Positions 30,932 to 41,356 of a DNA stretch of 64,000 nucleotides are shown piece by piece. The notes beneath the pieces were generated by a model. The model did no database searches. It worked only from the letters and a program-made list of their open reading frames with translations, and was not told the origin of the DNA. The translations under genes were made by a program, and so were the position numbers. The stretch comes from Chloroflexota bacterium (lineage in GTDB: Bacteria; Chloroflexota; UBA11872; VXOZ01): the NCBI GenBank assembly GCA_964291655.2, contig OZ219802.1, positions 1,920,001 through 1,984,000 of the forward strand, given 5' to 3'. Each line of letters begins with the position of its first letter. Positions within the stretch are counted from its first letter, which is position 1.

Positions 30932-31408
30932 ATGTCCATAGCCAAGACTACGGCAGAGAAAGTCGAGACCGGTCACTTTCGCATCCTCGAGCGCCCGATC
31001 ACGGCTGACGAACTTATCCCCCATGTGCTCACCGACGCCTACGGCGCCGTGGCGACGTTCTCCGGCACGGTGCGCAACCACGCCCGCGGCAAGCACGTCA
31101 CCGGCCTGACCTACGAGGCCTACCCGGAGATGGCTGAGGCGGAAATGCGCAAGATCGCGGTGGAGGTCTATGCGCAGTGGCCGGAATGCAAAGTGGCTAT
31201 GCTGCATCGCATCGGCAGGCTGGAGATCGGTGACGTCTCGGTGGCGATCGCGGTGGCCACACCTCACCGCAAGGAGTCGTTCGAGGCCTGTGAATTCGCC
31301 ATCAACCGGCTCAAGGAGACCGTACCCATCTGGAAGAAAGAGGCCTACGCCGACGGTGAGGTGTGGGTGGAAGGCGTCTCCCCCGGCGCAGACGGCAACG
31401 CGGGCTAA
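30932..31408 (+). CDS. moaE: Molybdopterin synthase catalytic subunit
   Basis: GAVATFSGTVRN, YEAYPEMA, HRIGRL, PHRKESFEAC, PIWKKE. Confidence 0.96.
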   Translation: MSIAKTTAEKVETGHFRILERPITADELIPHVLTDAYGAVATFSGTVRNHARGKHVTGLTYEAYPEMAEAEMRKIAVEVYAQWPECKVAMLHRIGRLEIGDVSVAIAVATPHRKESFEACEFAINRLKETVPIWKKEAYADGEVWVEGVSPGADGNAG

Positions 31409-31493
31409 GTCCCACGCGCCTTAGGCCAGTGCGTTGGGGAATTGGACTATTAGCTCCTAGGCGAGCACACCCACGCTACGCTTTTGCCGCACG

Positions 31494-32429
31494 TTACGAG
31501 CCTACGGCGCTTGGCTCCCTCATTGGGACCATACTTTCCTTGTGCGGTGCGATATCCGCGTAGGCGCGGGCGTAGAGATCGGCGCGATTCTGGCGCAGCA
31601 TGGTTCGCCGGTGGTCGTACTTCGTGCACCAGCTCGTCCAGCGCTCTTCGTCCAGGTCGAGCGTCGCGGTGGCGTGGCCTGCGCGGTGTCCGGTCTCAGC
31701 CAGGGTAAAGCCATTGAAGTCATAGATCGTCGCATGACTCTGGCGGTACTGCCATCCGAGCGGCCTGTCCTGGAGAAACGTAGACGTGACCAAGAAGCAG
31801 GAGGCATCGTGCGCGCGGGTGCGCAGCATCTCCGAGCGAATGGTCTCGGTCGGCCCGGCGGCTTGGGTGGGATGGAGCAGCACGTCCGTGCCCTTCAAGC
31901 CGTAAATCTGGCAAATCTCCGGAAACGCTTGATCGTTGCAGATGAAGACGCCGTAGCGGACGCCGTCCACTTCGATGGGCTCGATTTCGTCCCCGGGGGT
32001 GATCCCCTTGGTTTCGTACTCGTTTTCGGTGGGTTGCACCTTCCGGTAGCGTCCCAGGACGTGGCCTTGCCTGCCGTAGAACGTCGCTTGGTTGTACAGG
32101 TCTGCGCCGTCTCGGGTCAGGTTGTTTGAGACCACAGTAACGTTGTGGCGCGCGGCGAACTCCAGGAAGCGCTCCGCAACCGGACCATCTTCCGTCATGG
32201 CGAGTTCAAGCGCCCCGGCGAAGCGCGCCTCCGGTTCGCTCCGCTCCTGAATGTGCCGCCACTCCATGCACCCCATGGTCTCGAACATTTCCGGTAGGAG
32301 GATCACGTCGGGTTTGTCTTCCAACGCCGCTTCCAGGTAGCGAAACGCCTGATCGTAGCGAGCGGCCTGGGTAGCCGCTTCGCTGCCGAGAAGATAGGAA
32401 ATGGTAGAAACTCTCACGCGCCGCGCCAT
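31494..32429 (-). CDS. Carbon-nitrogen hydrolase (nitrilase superfamily)
   Basis: LLPEMF, YRKVQP, ICND (E-K-C triad). Confidence 0.9.
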   Translation of the reverse strand: MARRVRVSTISYLLGSEAATQAARYDQAFRYLEAALEDKPDVILLPEMFETMGCMEWRHIQERSEPEARFAGALELAMTEDGPVAERFLEFAARHNVTVVSNNLTRDGADLYNQATFYGRQGHVLGRYRKVQPTENEYETKGITPGDEIEPIEVDGVRYGVFICNDQAFPEICQIYGLKGTDVLLHPTQAAGPTETIRSEMLRTRAHDASCFLVTSTFLQDRPLGWQYRQSHATIYDFNGFTLAETGHRAGHATATLDLDEERWTSWCTKYDHRRTMLRQNRADLYARAYADIAPHKESMVPMREPSAVGS

Positions 32430-32755
32430 GGCTGCCTCACTTTCTCAAGTTTTTGGGTTCTATCGTTTGCCAATGCTCTTGCAGCTTCTACCTTCCCCGG
32501 GGAGGACTTTGCAAAAACCCTCGTCGGAACGCAAGAGCGACCCACTCTCCTAAAGGCTTTCCCCTGCTCCTAAGACTTTCTCCTTCTCCCTGGGAGGCCT
32601 TTGCGTACCTAGAACCTGAGGGAAATGTATTACTCCCTCTCCTCGGTGAGAGGGCCGGGGTGAGGGGAAACTTCGCCAATTCTTCCCAGTCCCGCCAGTT
32701 TGGTCGGGCTTATCCGCAGTCCCCAGCCACGTGAAATCCGTGGCGCAACGGTCGC

Positions 32756-33550
32756 CTAGAGTACCGCGAGGTGGGCGTCCTGCAGGTCCGTCAGGAACAT
32801 GTGACCCGCCGCGTGGGTGATCATCAGGGGCGGTTTGCTGGCCAGCGCCACTGCCTGCGGGGTGACGCCGCAGGCCCAGAAGACAGGCACTTCGCCGTCG
32901 TGCACGTCGGTGCGCGCCCCCCACTGCGGGTTGTCGAGGTCCGTGATGCCGATTTCCCCCGGGTCGCCGATATGTACCGGCGCGCCGTGGACGCCTGGAA
33001 AGCGCGAGGTCGTCTGTACCGCGCGCACGACCTGCGTGTGGTGGATCGGGCGCATGCTCACTACCAGCGGCCCGGAAAAGGCTCCCGCAGGCGTCGTGTC
33101 TCGATTGGTCACGTACACGGGCACGTCGTTGCCCGCCTGCAAGTGGCGGAGCGGAATGCCGGCGGCGAGCATGGCGGATTCGAAACTAAAGCTGCACCCG
33201 AGCAGGAACGAGACGAAATCATCCTGCCAACGGTCCGCGATATCTGTGACTTCAGCCGCGAGCTCGCCGTTCTCATAGATGCGGTAGCGGGGCACGTCGG
33301 TGCGAATGTCCGCGCCGGGCGCCGTCTCACAGGGTTCAAAGGAGCCCGGTTCCATGACCTCCAAGACCGGGCACGGCTGGGAATTGCGCTGGCAGAAGAG
33401 GAGAAAGTCAAACGCCAGATCTTTAGGCACAATGGCAAGATTCGCCTGCACGTAGCCTGGCGCCAGGCCCTCCGTCGTGGTCTGCCACTCTCCGGCGCGT
33501 ATGATCTCCCGTAACGCGTGCGGCTGTTTCGGTAACGCTACTCTATCCAT
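32756..33550 (-). CDS. Putative hydro-lyase (DUF1445 / D-glutamate cyclase family)
   Basis: VQANL, FCQRN.QPCP, DIRTDVPRY, LGCSFSFE, PVFWACGVTPQ. Confidence 0.92.
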   Translation of the reverse strand: MDRVALPKQPHALREIIRAGEWQTTTEGLAPGYVQANLAIVPKDLAFDFLLFCQRNSQPCPVLEVMEPGSFEPCETAPGADIRTDVPRYRIYENGELAAEVTDIADRWQDDFVSFLLGCSFSFESAMLAAGIPLRHLQAGNDVPVYVTNRDTTPAGAFSGPLVVSMRPIHHTQVVRAVQTTSRFPGVHGAPVHIGDPGEIGITDLDNPQWGARTDVHDGEVPVFWACGVTPQAVALASKPPLMITHAAGHMFLTDLQDAHLAVL

Positions 33551-33705
33551 GTTCTGTTTCCTTACCTCGCGATTTTCAGCAGCCTTACGGCAAAGTTTAC
33601 TGGAGTCCTTTCGGATGCAGTGTAGCAGAACCATGCGGCCGGAGGTCTACGGCATTCGTAGAGCTAGACTTGCTAGCTTCGCAGGGCTGCGTTCTGTGTC
33701 ATTCC

Positions 33706-33973
33706 TGTAAGTGTTGACTATTTCGTTGACCGAATCCTCTACCCAATTGGCAGTGTTGACAGATCATGTCATTCCGAGCGAAGCGTCGAACCCTGTTCGC
33801 GGAATCTAGGGCCCATGCAACGTGTCGCCCGATAGGCTCAACATCTTAGATTCCGCGCTCCGAGCGACTCTTCGCTGCGCTCCGTTCGGAATGACATATG
33901 TACTGTTCATGTAGAGTACTGCGTTCAGCTGCTCTTGTTCTCAAATCTGTCAACGAATTACCTGACACTTACA
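33706..33973. mobile_element. MITE family B, 268 bp
   Basis: TGTAAGTGTTGAC.../...AATTACCTGACACTTACA; left flank GTCATTCC, right flank AGAATGAC. Confidence 0.82.
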
Positions 33974-34109
33974 AGAATGACAGATTGAGGAACAGATTCA
34001 GACGCGAGTACGTTCGGCACTTCGCAAACCTGCACGATGTAAGTCCAAACCCACCAATCCCGGAAGTCCTTTTACCTATGCCCGTCAGCGCCAAGCACTC
34101 TCGTCTGCA

Positions 34110-34763
34110 TCAAACCTCGCTTGCGCTCCACTCCTGCAGCACGTCAATGGCCGTGAGCAACGACTCGCATGCGGCATCGGCTGCCGCGATCGTTGTTTCG
34201 CCTTCCGGCACGGCAATACACCGCATGCCGGCCGCTTTCGCCGACCTCACGCCGCGGGGGCTATCTTCCAGCGCCACACACTCGCCCGGCTTCACTCCCA
34301 GCCGCGCCGCCGCCAGCAGATAGAGCGCCGGGTCCGGCTTACCCTCTACGACCTCATCTCCTGTTGCTACTGCCTGGAAGTAGGAGCGGATACCTAGCAC
34401 CTCGAGCACCACGTCAATGTAGACCTTGTCTCCGGATGAGGCCGACCCGCAGCGCCATCCCCGGTCGCGCACCCACTCCAGGGCCTCCCGCAGCCCGGGC
34501 TTCGGCCCCAGCCGTTCTCGGATAAGCGCGATCAGGATTGCGTGGTAGCGGTCCAGCATCTCCTCCGGCTCTGCCGCGAACCGGCCCCGCGCATGGTGCA
34601 GCCGGAAGATATCGATGCTGCGCTTCCCCAGGCTCTCTGCCGCGTCGGTAGGATAGGTTGGAAATCCGCACTCGCGGCCGAGCTCATGCCATGCGGCGCG
34701 GTGGAGCGGTTCGCTGTCTGCCATGAGACCGTCTACGTCGAAGATGACGCCAGCAATATTCAT
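34110..34763 (-). CDS. HAD family phosphatase (beta-PGM/CbbY-like)
   Basis: IFDVDGLMADSE, ASS, GKPDP, EDSPRG. Confidence 0.93.
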   Translation of the reverse strand: MNIAGVIFDVDGLMADSEPLHRAAWHELGRECGFPTYPTDAAESLGKRSIDIFRLHHARGRFAAEPEEMLDRYHAILIALIRERLGPKPGLREALEWVRDRGWRCGSASSGDKVYIDVVLEVLGIRSYFQAVATGDEVVEGKPDPALYLLAAARLGVKPGECVALEDSPRGVRSAKAAGMRCIAVPEGETTIAAADAACESLLTAIDVLQEWSASEV

Positions 34764-34770
34764 CGGCAGC

Positions 34771-35889
34771 CTAGAAGTGGTCAAGGTTCCACATGTACGG
34801 ATGTCCTCCTGGAAAGAGTATGTCGATAATAGCAACATCTTGCTCCGCAACACAGGACGGGAACTCCAAGCGCAACTCCCCAAGGCTGCGGTAGCCCATC
34901 AAGAGCTGCAATAGATTTTCCTGTGGCAGGTTAATTGTGATTGTGCGACCGGCGCCGATTTCCATCTCCGCCCGCTCGGCATCGCAGACGACTGCCACCT
35001 TGCCGACACTACCCTCCAATCCCGACGTTCGAACTCGTTCTTCCAAAGTCTCTTTGAGCGCCACGGCGAGGCCGTCCAGATTGACGATGCGGCCCATGCC
35101 TCCCTGATTGTGCGAGTACTCGATTTCCTGACGAAAGCCGATTGACCGCAAGACTGCCAACATCGGCGCATCCGGCGGCATCTCAAGGTCGATCCACTCC
35201 GCTCGCTGCCGGACTGCCTCAGTTGCAAGCGCTCGGATGAGACTTGAGCCGGCAGTTGCCGCAGTTATCCCAGGCGCCACGAACTCATACGGCCGTGTAT
35301 ACCACATGGACGCAGAGCGCCAACCGTGCTCACCCAAGGCGTATGCGACCGGTTTCCCATTCTCTTCTGCGACCAGAATGCGGCTCGGCTCTTGAAACCA
35401 CTCTTCCGTGGCATCGCGCCAGGGCAGGAATGCACTTTCTGAACGCTTGGCGGCCCCGCTTCGTCCGCGGGTCTCCTCATTGTAGATAGCCAGGAGAGCT
35501 TTCGAGTCAGCTTGCCCGGCTTCACGCACCGGCAACAACTCGCCTAATGCTTCAGCCGCTTGCGTTCTTACTCGTATGAGACTCTTCGCCGGCAGCACGG
35601 TTGCGTAGCCAATGCGGTGGTAGAAGCCAGGGATTCCAAAGAGAATCGAGACCAGATACCCTTCCCGGCACATATACGCAACGGCATCTTCCATGAGCCG
35701 CCGACCATAGCCTCTGCCACGGTGCGCGGGACTAACCCGGACGCTCGCCACTCCCCCCATGCGCAACCACGTTGATCCCAAGCGCATTTCCCGGTCCTCG
35801 ATGGTTAGCCGAGCTACCTCTACCCCGTCTACAACCAGAGCTAATTTCTGGCGATTTCCCTCTGGCGTAGACCGAAGTGACGTCTCCAT
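34771..35889 (-). CDS. Eis-like tandem GNAT acetyltransferase
   Basis: GGVASVRVSPAHRGRGYGRRLM, LFGIPGFYHRIGY. Start chosen by GGAGG. Confidence 0.88.
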   Translation of the reverse strand: METSLRSTPEGNRQKLALVVDGVEVARLTIEDREMRLGSTWLRMGGVASVRVSPAHRGRGYGRRLMEDAVAYMCREGYLVSILFGIPGFYHRIGYATVLPAKSLIRVRTQAAEALGELLPVREAGQADSKALLAIYNEETRGRSGAAKRSESAFLPWRDATEEWFQEPSRILVAEENGKPVAYALGEHGWRSASMWYTRPYEFVAPGITAATAGSSLIRALATEAVRQRAEWIDLEMPPDAPMLAVLRSIGFRQEIEYSHNQGGMGRIVNLDGLAVALKETLEERVRTSGLEGSVGKVAVVCDAERAEMEIGAGRTITINLPQENLLQLLMGYRSLGELRLEFPSCVAEQDVAIIDILFPGGHPYMWNLDHF

Positions 35890-36111
35890 GTAAGTCCTCC
35901 CAAACCTGTCCCGACCTGCACCGGCAGCAATCTCAGCGGGAACCTCTTGGGGCAGTGCTGTCTCATGCCGGCATGCTGAGGGCACACCATAATCCCTGCA
36001 CGCGGACCCCCTGCCGTATTGGACATTGCCCTTTGCTGTGCGAAGACATTTTACTCGCCTGGAAGCTAGGTTACTAGCGGGAGATTGACTTGGCTTCTGG
36101 CTGAGAAAAGT

Positions 36112-36474
36112 CAATTTAAAAGACTATAATCATAATCTTCATAAGGCCTGTTGAGAGTGGGGAAAAGGCCTGAAATCGCTGCGCTGGGGCGCTGCGGCAC
36201 GCAGGATAAGTTCATGGGAAAACAGTCTGAATTGCTGGGCAAAACTGCGAATCCAGGAGAGAGTATGGGGTATCTTTCGTAGGTGGGGAAAAGCCCCAAA
36301 CTTCTCCCCAAGGCTTAGCATGGCGCAGGGCGCGATTAGCGCCTTTTAACCGGAGATTGTCAGTGCTTAACTCACCAAACGGTCAAGTTGTTTGAAAGGC
36401 GGATTCTTAGCTCTAGACCTAGGATATCCCCATTTTGGCTAATTTATCCACTGGTTTAGGGCGAGTTATCCACA
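36112..36474. other. Candidate replication origin (oriC)
   Basis: TTATCCACA (36466), TTATCCACT (36444), ATATCCCCA (36424), TTCTCCCCA (36302), and reverse boxes at 36284, 36236, 36158, 36149. Minus strand reads box-box-GGCC-TTATGAAGATTATGATTA-AT-rich. Confidence 0.65.
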
Positions 36475-36551
36475 GCAGGGCGTTCTTGGGCGCTCATCGG
36501 CAAAGTACATTGGATTATGTAGAGGCAGTAGTCCACTTATGTCAGCTTTTT

Positions 36552-38564
36552 CTAATTGAGTGCTGAATTCGGAGTGGGGATTGCGGACTTTTCGAGTGAT
36601 TCTAGGTGGCGATACTTCTCTATATACGCATTGACGGTCATTACGACGGTAGCGTGGCTCCAGGTAAGCGGAGAGACGCTGAGAGGCGCGTTTGTAAAGG
36701 GATGAACCTGTTCGGCGAGACAGCCGCTCTCAAGGCGTCGCTGCTCGACCCAAAGCAGGATTTCCTTTGCAGGCTGCAGTTCCTCTAGAGAGGTGGCTTT
36801 CGCGATGTACCACTCCGCCAGCCAGAGGGTACAAATAAACCACGGGTTGCCAGGAACGACGGCAATATTGTTGCTGATTTGATGGTAGTAGTCGTTCTCG
36901 TACCGCGCGATGCCACCCACATCGGTCTTCACCCACAAGCGCTCCCGCACCGTCTCCATCATCTTAACCACCAGCGGATCGTCAGGTTCGAGCATGCCGA
37001 AATACCAGAGGGCGTAGGTCGCGCTGTCGATGGTCGTGTCATGGCGAACGGTACCGTCGGGCAGAGGCGTTACCATGCGTGAAAAGAGACCGGTGTCGGG
37101 GTTGATCATGTGCGTGAGAGCCGCTAGCTTAAGTTCCTCCGCGGTACGACGGTAACTATCGGTATAGGTGCTCTCGCCAAACGCCTCCGTAAAGTTAGCC
37201 GCTGCCTGGAGACCGGCATAGACGGTGGCTACCGTATGCGCGTGAACCCCGTGGCGTTCTTCCCAGAGATCGTACGACGGTACCGGCAGGCCGGTGGTAA
37301 GGTCGCGGTAGAGGCTCATGAACTGGGCAGCGGGCTTAATGAATGACGCATAGAACGGCTTTACAAACTCTACGTCCCAGTACTTCTCGAAGTGCTGCCA
37401 CAGCGCCCAGATAACCAGCGCGGTCTCGTCCTCCTGGATCGGGTGCTGGCGGGATCCGTCCGGCGCCGCCCAGGGATGCCAGGAGGAACCGACCGATCCA
37501 TCCGGATTATACTTGTGCATCATGTAGCCCTGGGGCGTGATGGTGCGCAAGCAGAAGCCGAAGAAGCGGCGCGAAATCTCGCCATAGCCGGCGCGGCTCA
37601 GCGCGTAGGCAACCAGCGCGCCGTCGCGCGGCCACATGTAGGAGTAGGTGTCGCGGCCGAACTGGGCAATGTCGTTGTCGTTGGCGGCCAGAATCGCGCC
37701 TTCGTGGTCCGTTTGGGTCTGGATCGTGAGGAGACTGCGATTGAAGAGCGCGCCAATTTCAGTCGGCAGATCGGCTAACGAAAAACCCTCTTTGCGCACC
37801 CAGTGCCGCCAGTATTCCTGCGTGCGGTAGAGCACCGCCGCGGGCCCCACCTGGCGGATGTGGCGCTCGATGTCTTCCACAGCCATAGCATCAGAGCCGA
37901 CTGCCATCCAGTAGTAGACGGTAGCGGATTCGCGCGCGGGAACGGTAACGCATATCGCGCCGGTACTATCCACAGAGCCTTGCGCGATGGGGTTTCCTTC
38001 CAGGCGGCCGTCCTCGGCATCGCGCCAGGTGCCTTCCAGCCCGCCAACGTTCTTGGTGCCGGTCGCGTATGAATCCAGGCCGATGTCGGTCCCACTCATC
38101 GCGTTCATCCAGAAGAAAGTCTTGCCCTTATAGTGAATAAGCGCACGGTGGCGCGGATCGTAATATGCCGTGTCCCCAATGCTGATACCGCCGAGAGAGA
38201 AGTTATGGTGGAAGAAGAGGCGCACCTCGCGCTCGGAATCCGCCTGGTTCTCCACGGTTATACGCCGCAGGAAGACATTCCGGCTATAGTCAACGGCATC
38301 GTTGAGGTTGAGCTTTACGCGGAGGCGGTCGTTCTGCGCCGTGACGTCGGTGACGAGCGTATCTTCCTTGTACCGCAGCGACTTCTGCCAGGACCGGTCG
38401 TGGATCCAAGCGAAAAGTCCATCCACCCAGACGCCGAATTGGAAAGGGTGCCCCTGTGCGTGGTCCTCTTGCCCGACGTGGGGGTAGTACACGTCACGGA
38501 TACGGTAATCGCTATCGAAGCAGACGAGCAGGCGGCCGTTTCCTACTGGTAAGTCACGTGGCAT
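36552..38564 (-). CDS. Glycoside hydrolase family 15 (glucoamylase-like)
   Basis: YSYMWPRDG, QEDETA, DLWEER, LAEQV, PLTWSHA. Confidence 0.95.
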   Translation of the reverse strand: MPRDLPVGNGRLLVCFDSDYRIRDVYYPHVGQEDHAQGHPFQFGVWVDGLFAWIHDRSWQKSLRYKEDTLVTDVTAQNDRLRVKLNLNDAVDYSRNVFLRRITVENQADSEREVRLFFHHNFSLGGISIGDTAYYDPRHRALIHYKGKTFFWMNAMSGTDIGLDSYATGTKNVGGLEGTWRDAEDGRLEGNPIAQGSVDSTGAICVTVPARESATVYYWMAVGSDAMAVEDIERHIRQVGPAAVLYRTQEYWRHWVRKEGFSLADLPTEIGALFNRSLLTIQTQTDHEGAILAANDNDIAQFGRDTYSYMWPRDGALVAYALSRAGYGEISRRFFGFCLRTITPQGYMMHKYNPDGSVGSSWHPWAAPDGSRQHPIQEDETALVIWALWQHFEKYWDVEFVKPFYASFIKPAAQFMSLYRDLTTGLPVPSYDLWEERHGVHAHTVATVYAGLQAAANFTEAFGESTYTDSYRRTAEELKLAALTHMINPDTGLFSRMVTPLPDGTVRHDTTIDSATYALWYFGMLEPDDPLVVKMMETVRERLWVKTDVGGIARYENDYYHQISNNIAVVPGNPWFICTLWLAEWYIAKATSLEELQPAKEILLWVEQRRLESGCLAEQVHPFTNAPLSVSPLTWSHATVVMTVNAYIEKYRHLESLEKSAIPTPNSALN

Positions 38565-39042
38565 GTTCTACAGCCTAAGCAACAGATGATGTAGCGATAC
38601 CGACGAATCAAGGGTTTTCACGTAATGCCCGCGCGCCACCGTGAACGCGCCGGCAAACCCCCGCCGGGAATACGCGACTGCACCGGCGGTGAATTCGCAG
38701 AATTCGGTTAGAGCGACTCTTGCCGGGGTGTTCCCAGCCTGACGACTCCCATTGTACAGACCAATGCGCCACACGCAACCTTGGCGCGTCTGCAAACGAC
38801 CTGCAACCGAAATACCTCTTGCGCCATGCTATCATGGGATGGTGTTGCGTCTCGCCGGGGCTCATGGGGCGGCGCGAGACGAGGCGGGACGCGAAGAGGG
38901 CGACAGCCCTGCCTTCACCTGCGTATTCACGCAATCTACAGCCGTCGGAGCCTTGGCAGGCGGGCAGAGTGCTACTGGCAACGCAGGCTCAGCAGCCTGC
39001 AAGCGGGATACCCTCCGGGACAAGAGTACACGAAGAGAGAAC

Positions 39043-40482
39043 ATGAATACGAGCATGGAAGCGTCCGTGAGTGGTACAAGCGTAGTGCAAGATCTCGTAG
39101 ATGCGCCGGTTCTGCGCGCCCTGGCGGCGCATTTTGCGGAAGCCGGGTACGAGCTCTACCTGGTCGGCGGCTCGGTGCGGGACGCGCTGCTGCACCGCCC
39201 GACCCACGACCTGGACCTGGCTACCGATGCCCATCCTCCCGATATCAAGCGGCTGCTTGCGCTTGCGGGGCCGGACTCCCGTTACGACGTAGGGGAGAAG
39301 TTCGGCACCATCGGCGCGACCTTTGGCGAATGGGTGGTGGAAATAACGACCTACCGCAGCGAACAGTATGCTTTCGCCAGCCGCAAGCCCGCCGTTACCT
39401 TCGGCACGAACCTGGAGGACGACCTGTCGCGGCGCGACTTCACCATCAACGCGATTGCCCAGGAACCGGCTGCCGGCGGCATGCTCGATCCCTTTCACGG
39501 GCTACAGGACTTGCAGCGGGGACTCATCCGGGCCGTGGGAGATCCTGCGGAGCGCTTTCAGGAAGACCCGTTGCGCATGTTGCGGGCGGTGCGGTTTGCG
39601 GCTGAACTCGATTTTCGCATCGATCCGGCTACCCGCGAGGCACTGCAACAGCAGGCTGGCGCGCTGGAGCACGTGAGCACGGAACGTATCGCCGCCGAGA
39701 TGACCCGCATGCTCACGGCGGACCAAACAGTGGTTGGACTCGAAATCCTGTGCGACTCCGGCCTGGCGTCATACGTTATCCCCGAGCTGCTGCCGCTGCG
39801 CAGTACCGGCCAGGACGGGCGCCACAAGGACGTGTTCGGCCATACGCTCAAAGTCGTGGAGAACGTGCCCGCCACGCCGGTGCTGCGCTGGGCGGCGTTG
39901 CTGCACGACATCGGTAAGCCGAAGACGAAGACGGTGCAGGACGGCAAGGTGCACTTCTTCCGGCACGAGATGGTGGGCGCGCGCATGGCGCGACGCATTC
40001 TGCGGCGGTTGCGCTTTGACCGGGAAAGCAGCGAACGCATTCAACGTCTGGTGGCCGAACACCTGCGTCCAAACCTCTACACGCCGGAGTGGACCGACGG
40101 CGCGGTGCGCCGCTTCCTGCGGGAAACGGAAGGCGTCACGGACGATCTCTTCGCCCTCTCCCGCGCCGACATTACCAGCTACCGCCGCTCCCGCGTGGAA
40201 GCGGGCGTGGCGCGCGTCAACCACCTGGAGGCCCGCTGCCGCGAACTCCAGGCCCAGGAAGACGTGGCGCAACTAAGAAGCCCGCTGGACGGCAACGACC
40301 TCATGACCATGTTCGACCGCAGCCCGGGCCCGTGGATAAAGCCGATTAAAGACTATCTCCTGGAGCTTGTAATAGACGGCGAACTGGCGCAGGACGATAG
40401 AGAGACCGCTATCAGACTGGCGCAGGAGTTTGCAGAACATAATCGGGAAGAGCCTTCAGGGAAACCATCTGCTGCTCAATAG
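39043..40482 (+). CDS. CCA tRNA nucleotidyltransferase / poly(A) polymerase family with HD domain
   Basis: LVGGSVRD, DLDLAT, DLSRRDFTINA, EDPLRMLRA, ALLHDIGK. Confidence 0.95.
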   Translation: MNTSMEASVSGTSVVQDLVDAPVLRALAAHFAEAGYELYLVGGSVRDALLHRPTHDLDLATDAHPPDIKRLLALAGPDSRYDVGEKFGTIGATFGEWVVEITTYRSEQYAFASRKPAVTFGTNLEDDLSRRDFTINAIAQEPAAGGMLDPFHGLQDLQRGLIRAVGDPAERFQEDPLRMLRAVRFAAELDFRIDPATREALQQQAGALEHVSTERIAAEMTRMLTADQTVVGLEILCDSGLASYVIPELLPLRSTGQDGRHKDVFGHTLKVVENVPATPVLRWAALLHDIGKPKTKTVQDGKVHFFRHEMVGARMARRILRRLRFDRESSERIQRLVAEHLRPNLYTPEWTDGAVRRFLRETEGVTDDLFALSRADITSYRRSRVEAGVARVNHLEARCRELQAQEDVAQLRSPLDGNDLMTMFDRSPGPWIKPIKDYLLELVIDGELAQDDRETAIRLAQEFAEHNREEPSGKPSAAQ

Positions 40483-40521
40483 GACTTGGAGATTACACGC
40501 TCCCACTTGCGAGGCTGTCAA

Positions 40522-40806
40522 ATTTCGCTAACCTCAATGATCGATAGCAAAGAACATCGGGAGCTATTCAAAGCAATTGCTGCCCCTAAGATGATGTTCC
40601 GTAGTTTGACTGAAGACCCTCCGTTCGCCAAGGCAGAGCCAAGGACGCCAGGGCGCTTTCAATTGCCGGAGTCGGCCTTGATTGGCATGGCGTTCGACTA
40701 TTTGCTCCGAGCGCAAGTAGCCAGATGGAACGAGGTTTCCTGGGAACGAACGGTGCCTTGGGTTGCTACGCATGGGCTGGAATGCGTGTTAACCTCCTCC
40801 TTGTAA
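40522..40806 (+). pseudogene. Probable truncated fragment of a hypothetical protein
   Basis: Protein-like segment SLTSM...IGMAFDYLLR with no convincing start and an early stop. Confidence 0.35.
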
Positions 40807-40851
40807 AGAGATGACCAAGACCAATAGGTGCTCTCAGGGATAGGAATAAGT

Positions 40852-41067
40852 ATGGATAGTTCAGACAACAGTGAAGATGAACGGCGAGCGAGGCTAAGTG
40901 TACTGGCAGAGATGCGAGAGCCGTTTGAAGATGTATCTTCAGAGGAGATAGAACGCGAGGTGGCGCAAGCAATCGCAGAAGTACGGCGAGAGAAACGGTC
41001 TTTGGCAGGTGGGCAGCTTCAACGTTTAGGAACGGAGGAGCAACGTGGCGACGAAATCGAAAAGTAA
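40852..41067 (+). CDS. Small protein resembling the C-terminal half of an antitoxin
   Basis: FEDVSSEEIEREVAQAIAEVRRE helix typical of Phd/AbrB-type antitoxin tails; no DNA-binding domain. Confidence 0.4.
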   Translation: MDSSDNSEDERRARLSVLAEMREPFEDVSSEEIEREVAQAIAEVRREKRSLAGGQLQRLGTEEQRGDEIEK

Positions 41068-41356
41068 TCAGACTGCAGCCACAGTAGAAATCCAGGAGAA
41101 AATCCTGCCCGTTTTGCAGCGGCATGGCATTAAACGTGCGGGAATCTTTGGGTCTGTCGCCCGTGGTGAGGCTTCGCCGGAGAGTGACGTTGACGTTCTC
41201 GTGGAACTAGATCGGCAGGCGAGTTTGCTTGATTTCATTGGGATAAAGCTCGACCTGGAAGACGTGCTGGGGCGGTCCGTTGATCTTGTGGAGTATGCTG
41301 CCATAAAGCCGCGTCTGCGCGACCGAATGCTCTGCGAAGAGGTTCCGATTCTATGA
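41045..41356 (+). CDS. Minimal nucleotidyltransferase (MNT/MntA-type antitoxin)
   Basis: IFGSVARGEASPESDVDVLV...LEDVLGRSVDLV. Confidence 0.93.
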   Translation: MATKSKSNQTAATVEIQEKILPVLQRHGIKRAGIFGSVARGEASPESDVDVLVELDRQASLLDFIGIKLDLEDVLGRSVDLVEYAAIKPRLRDRMLCEEVPIL

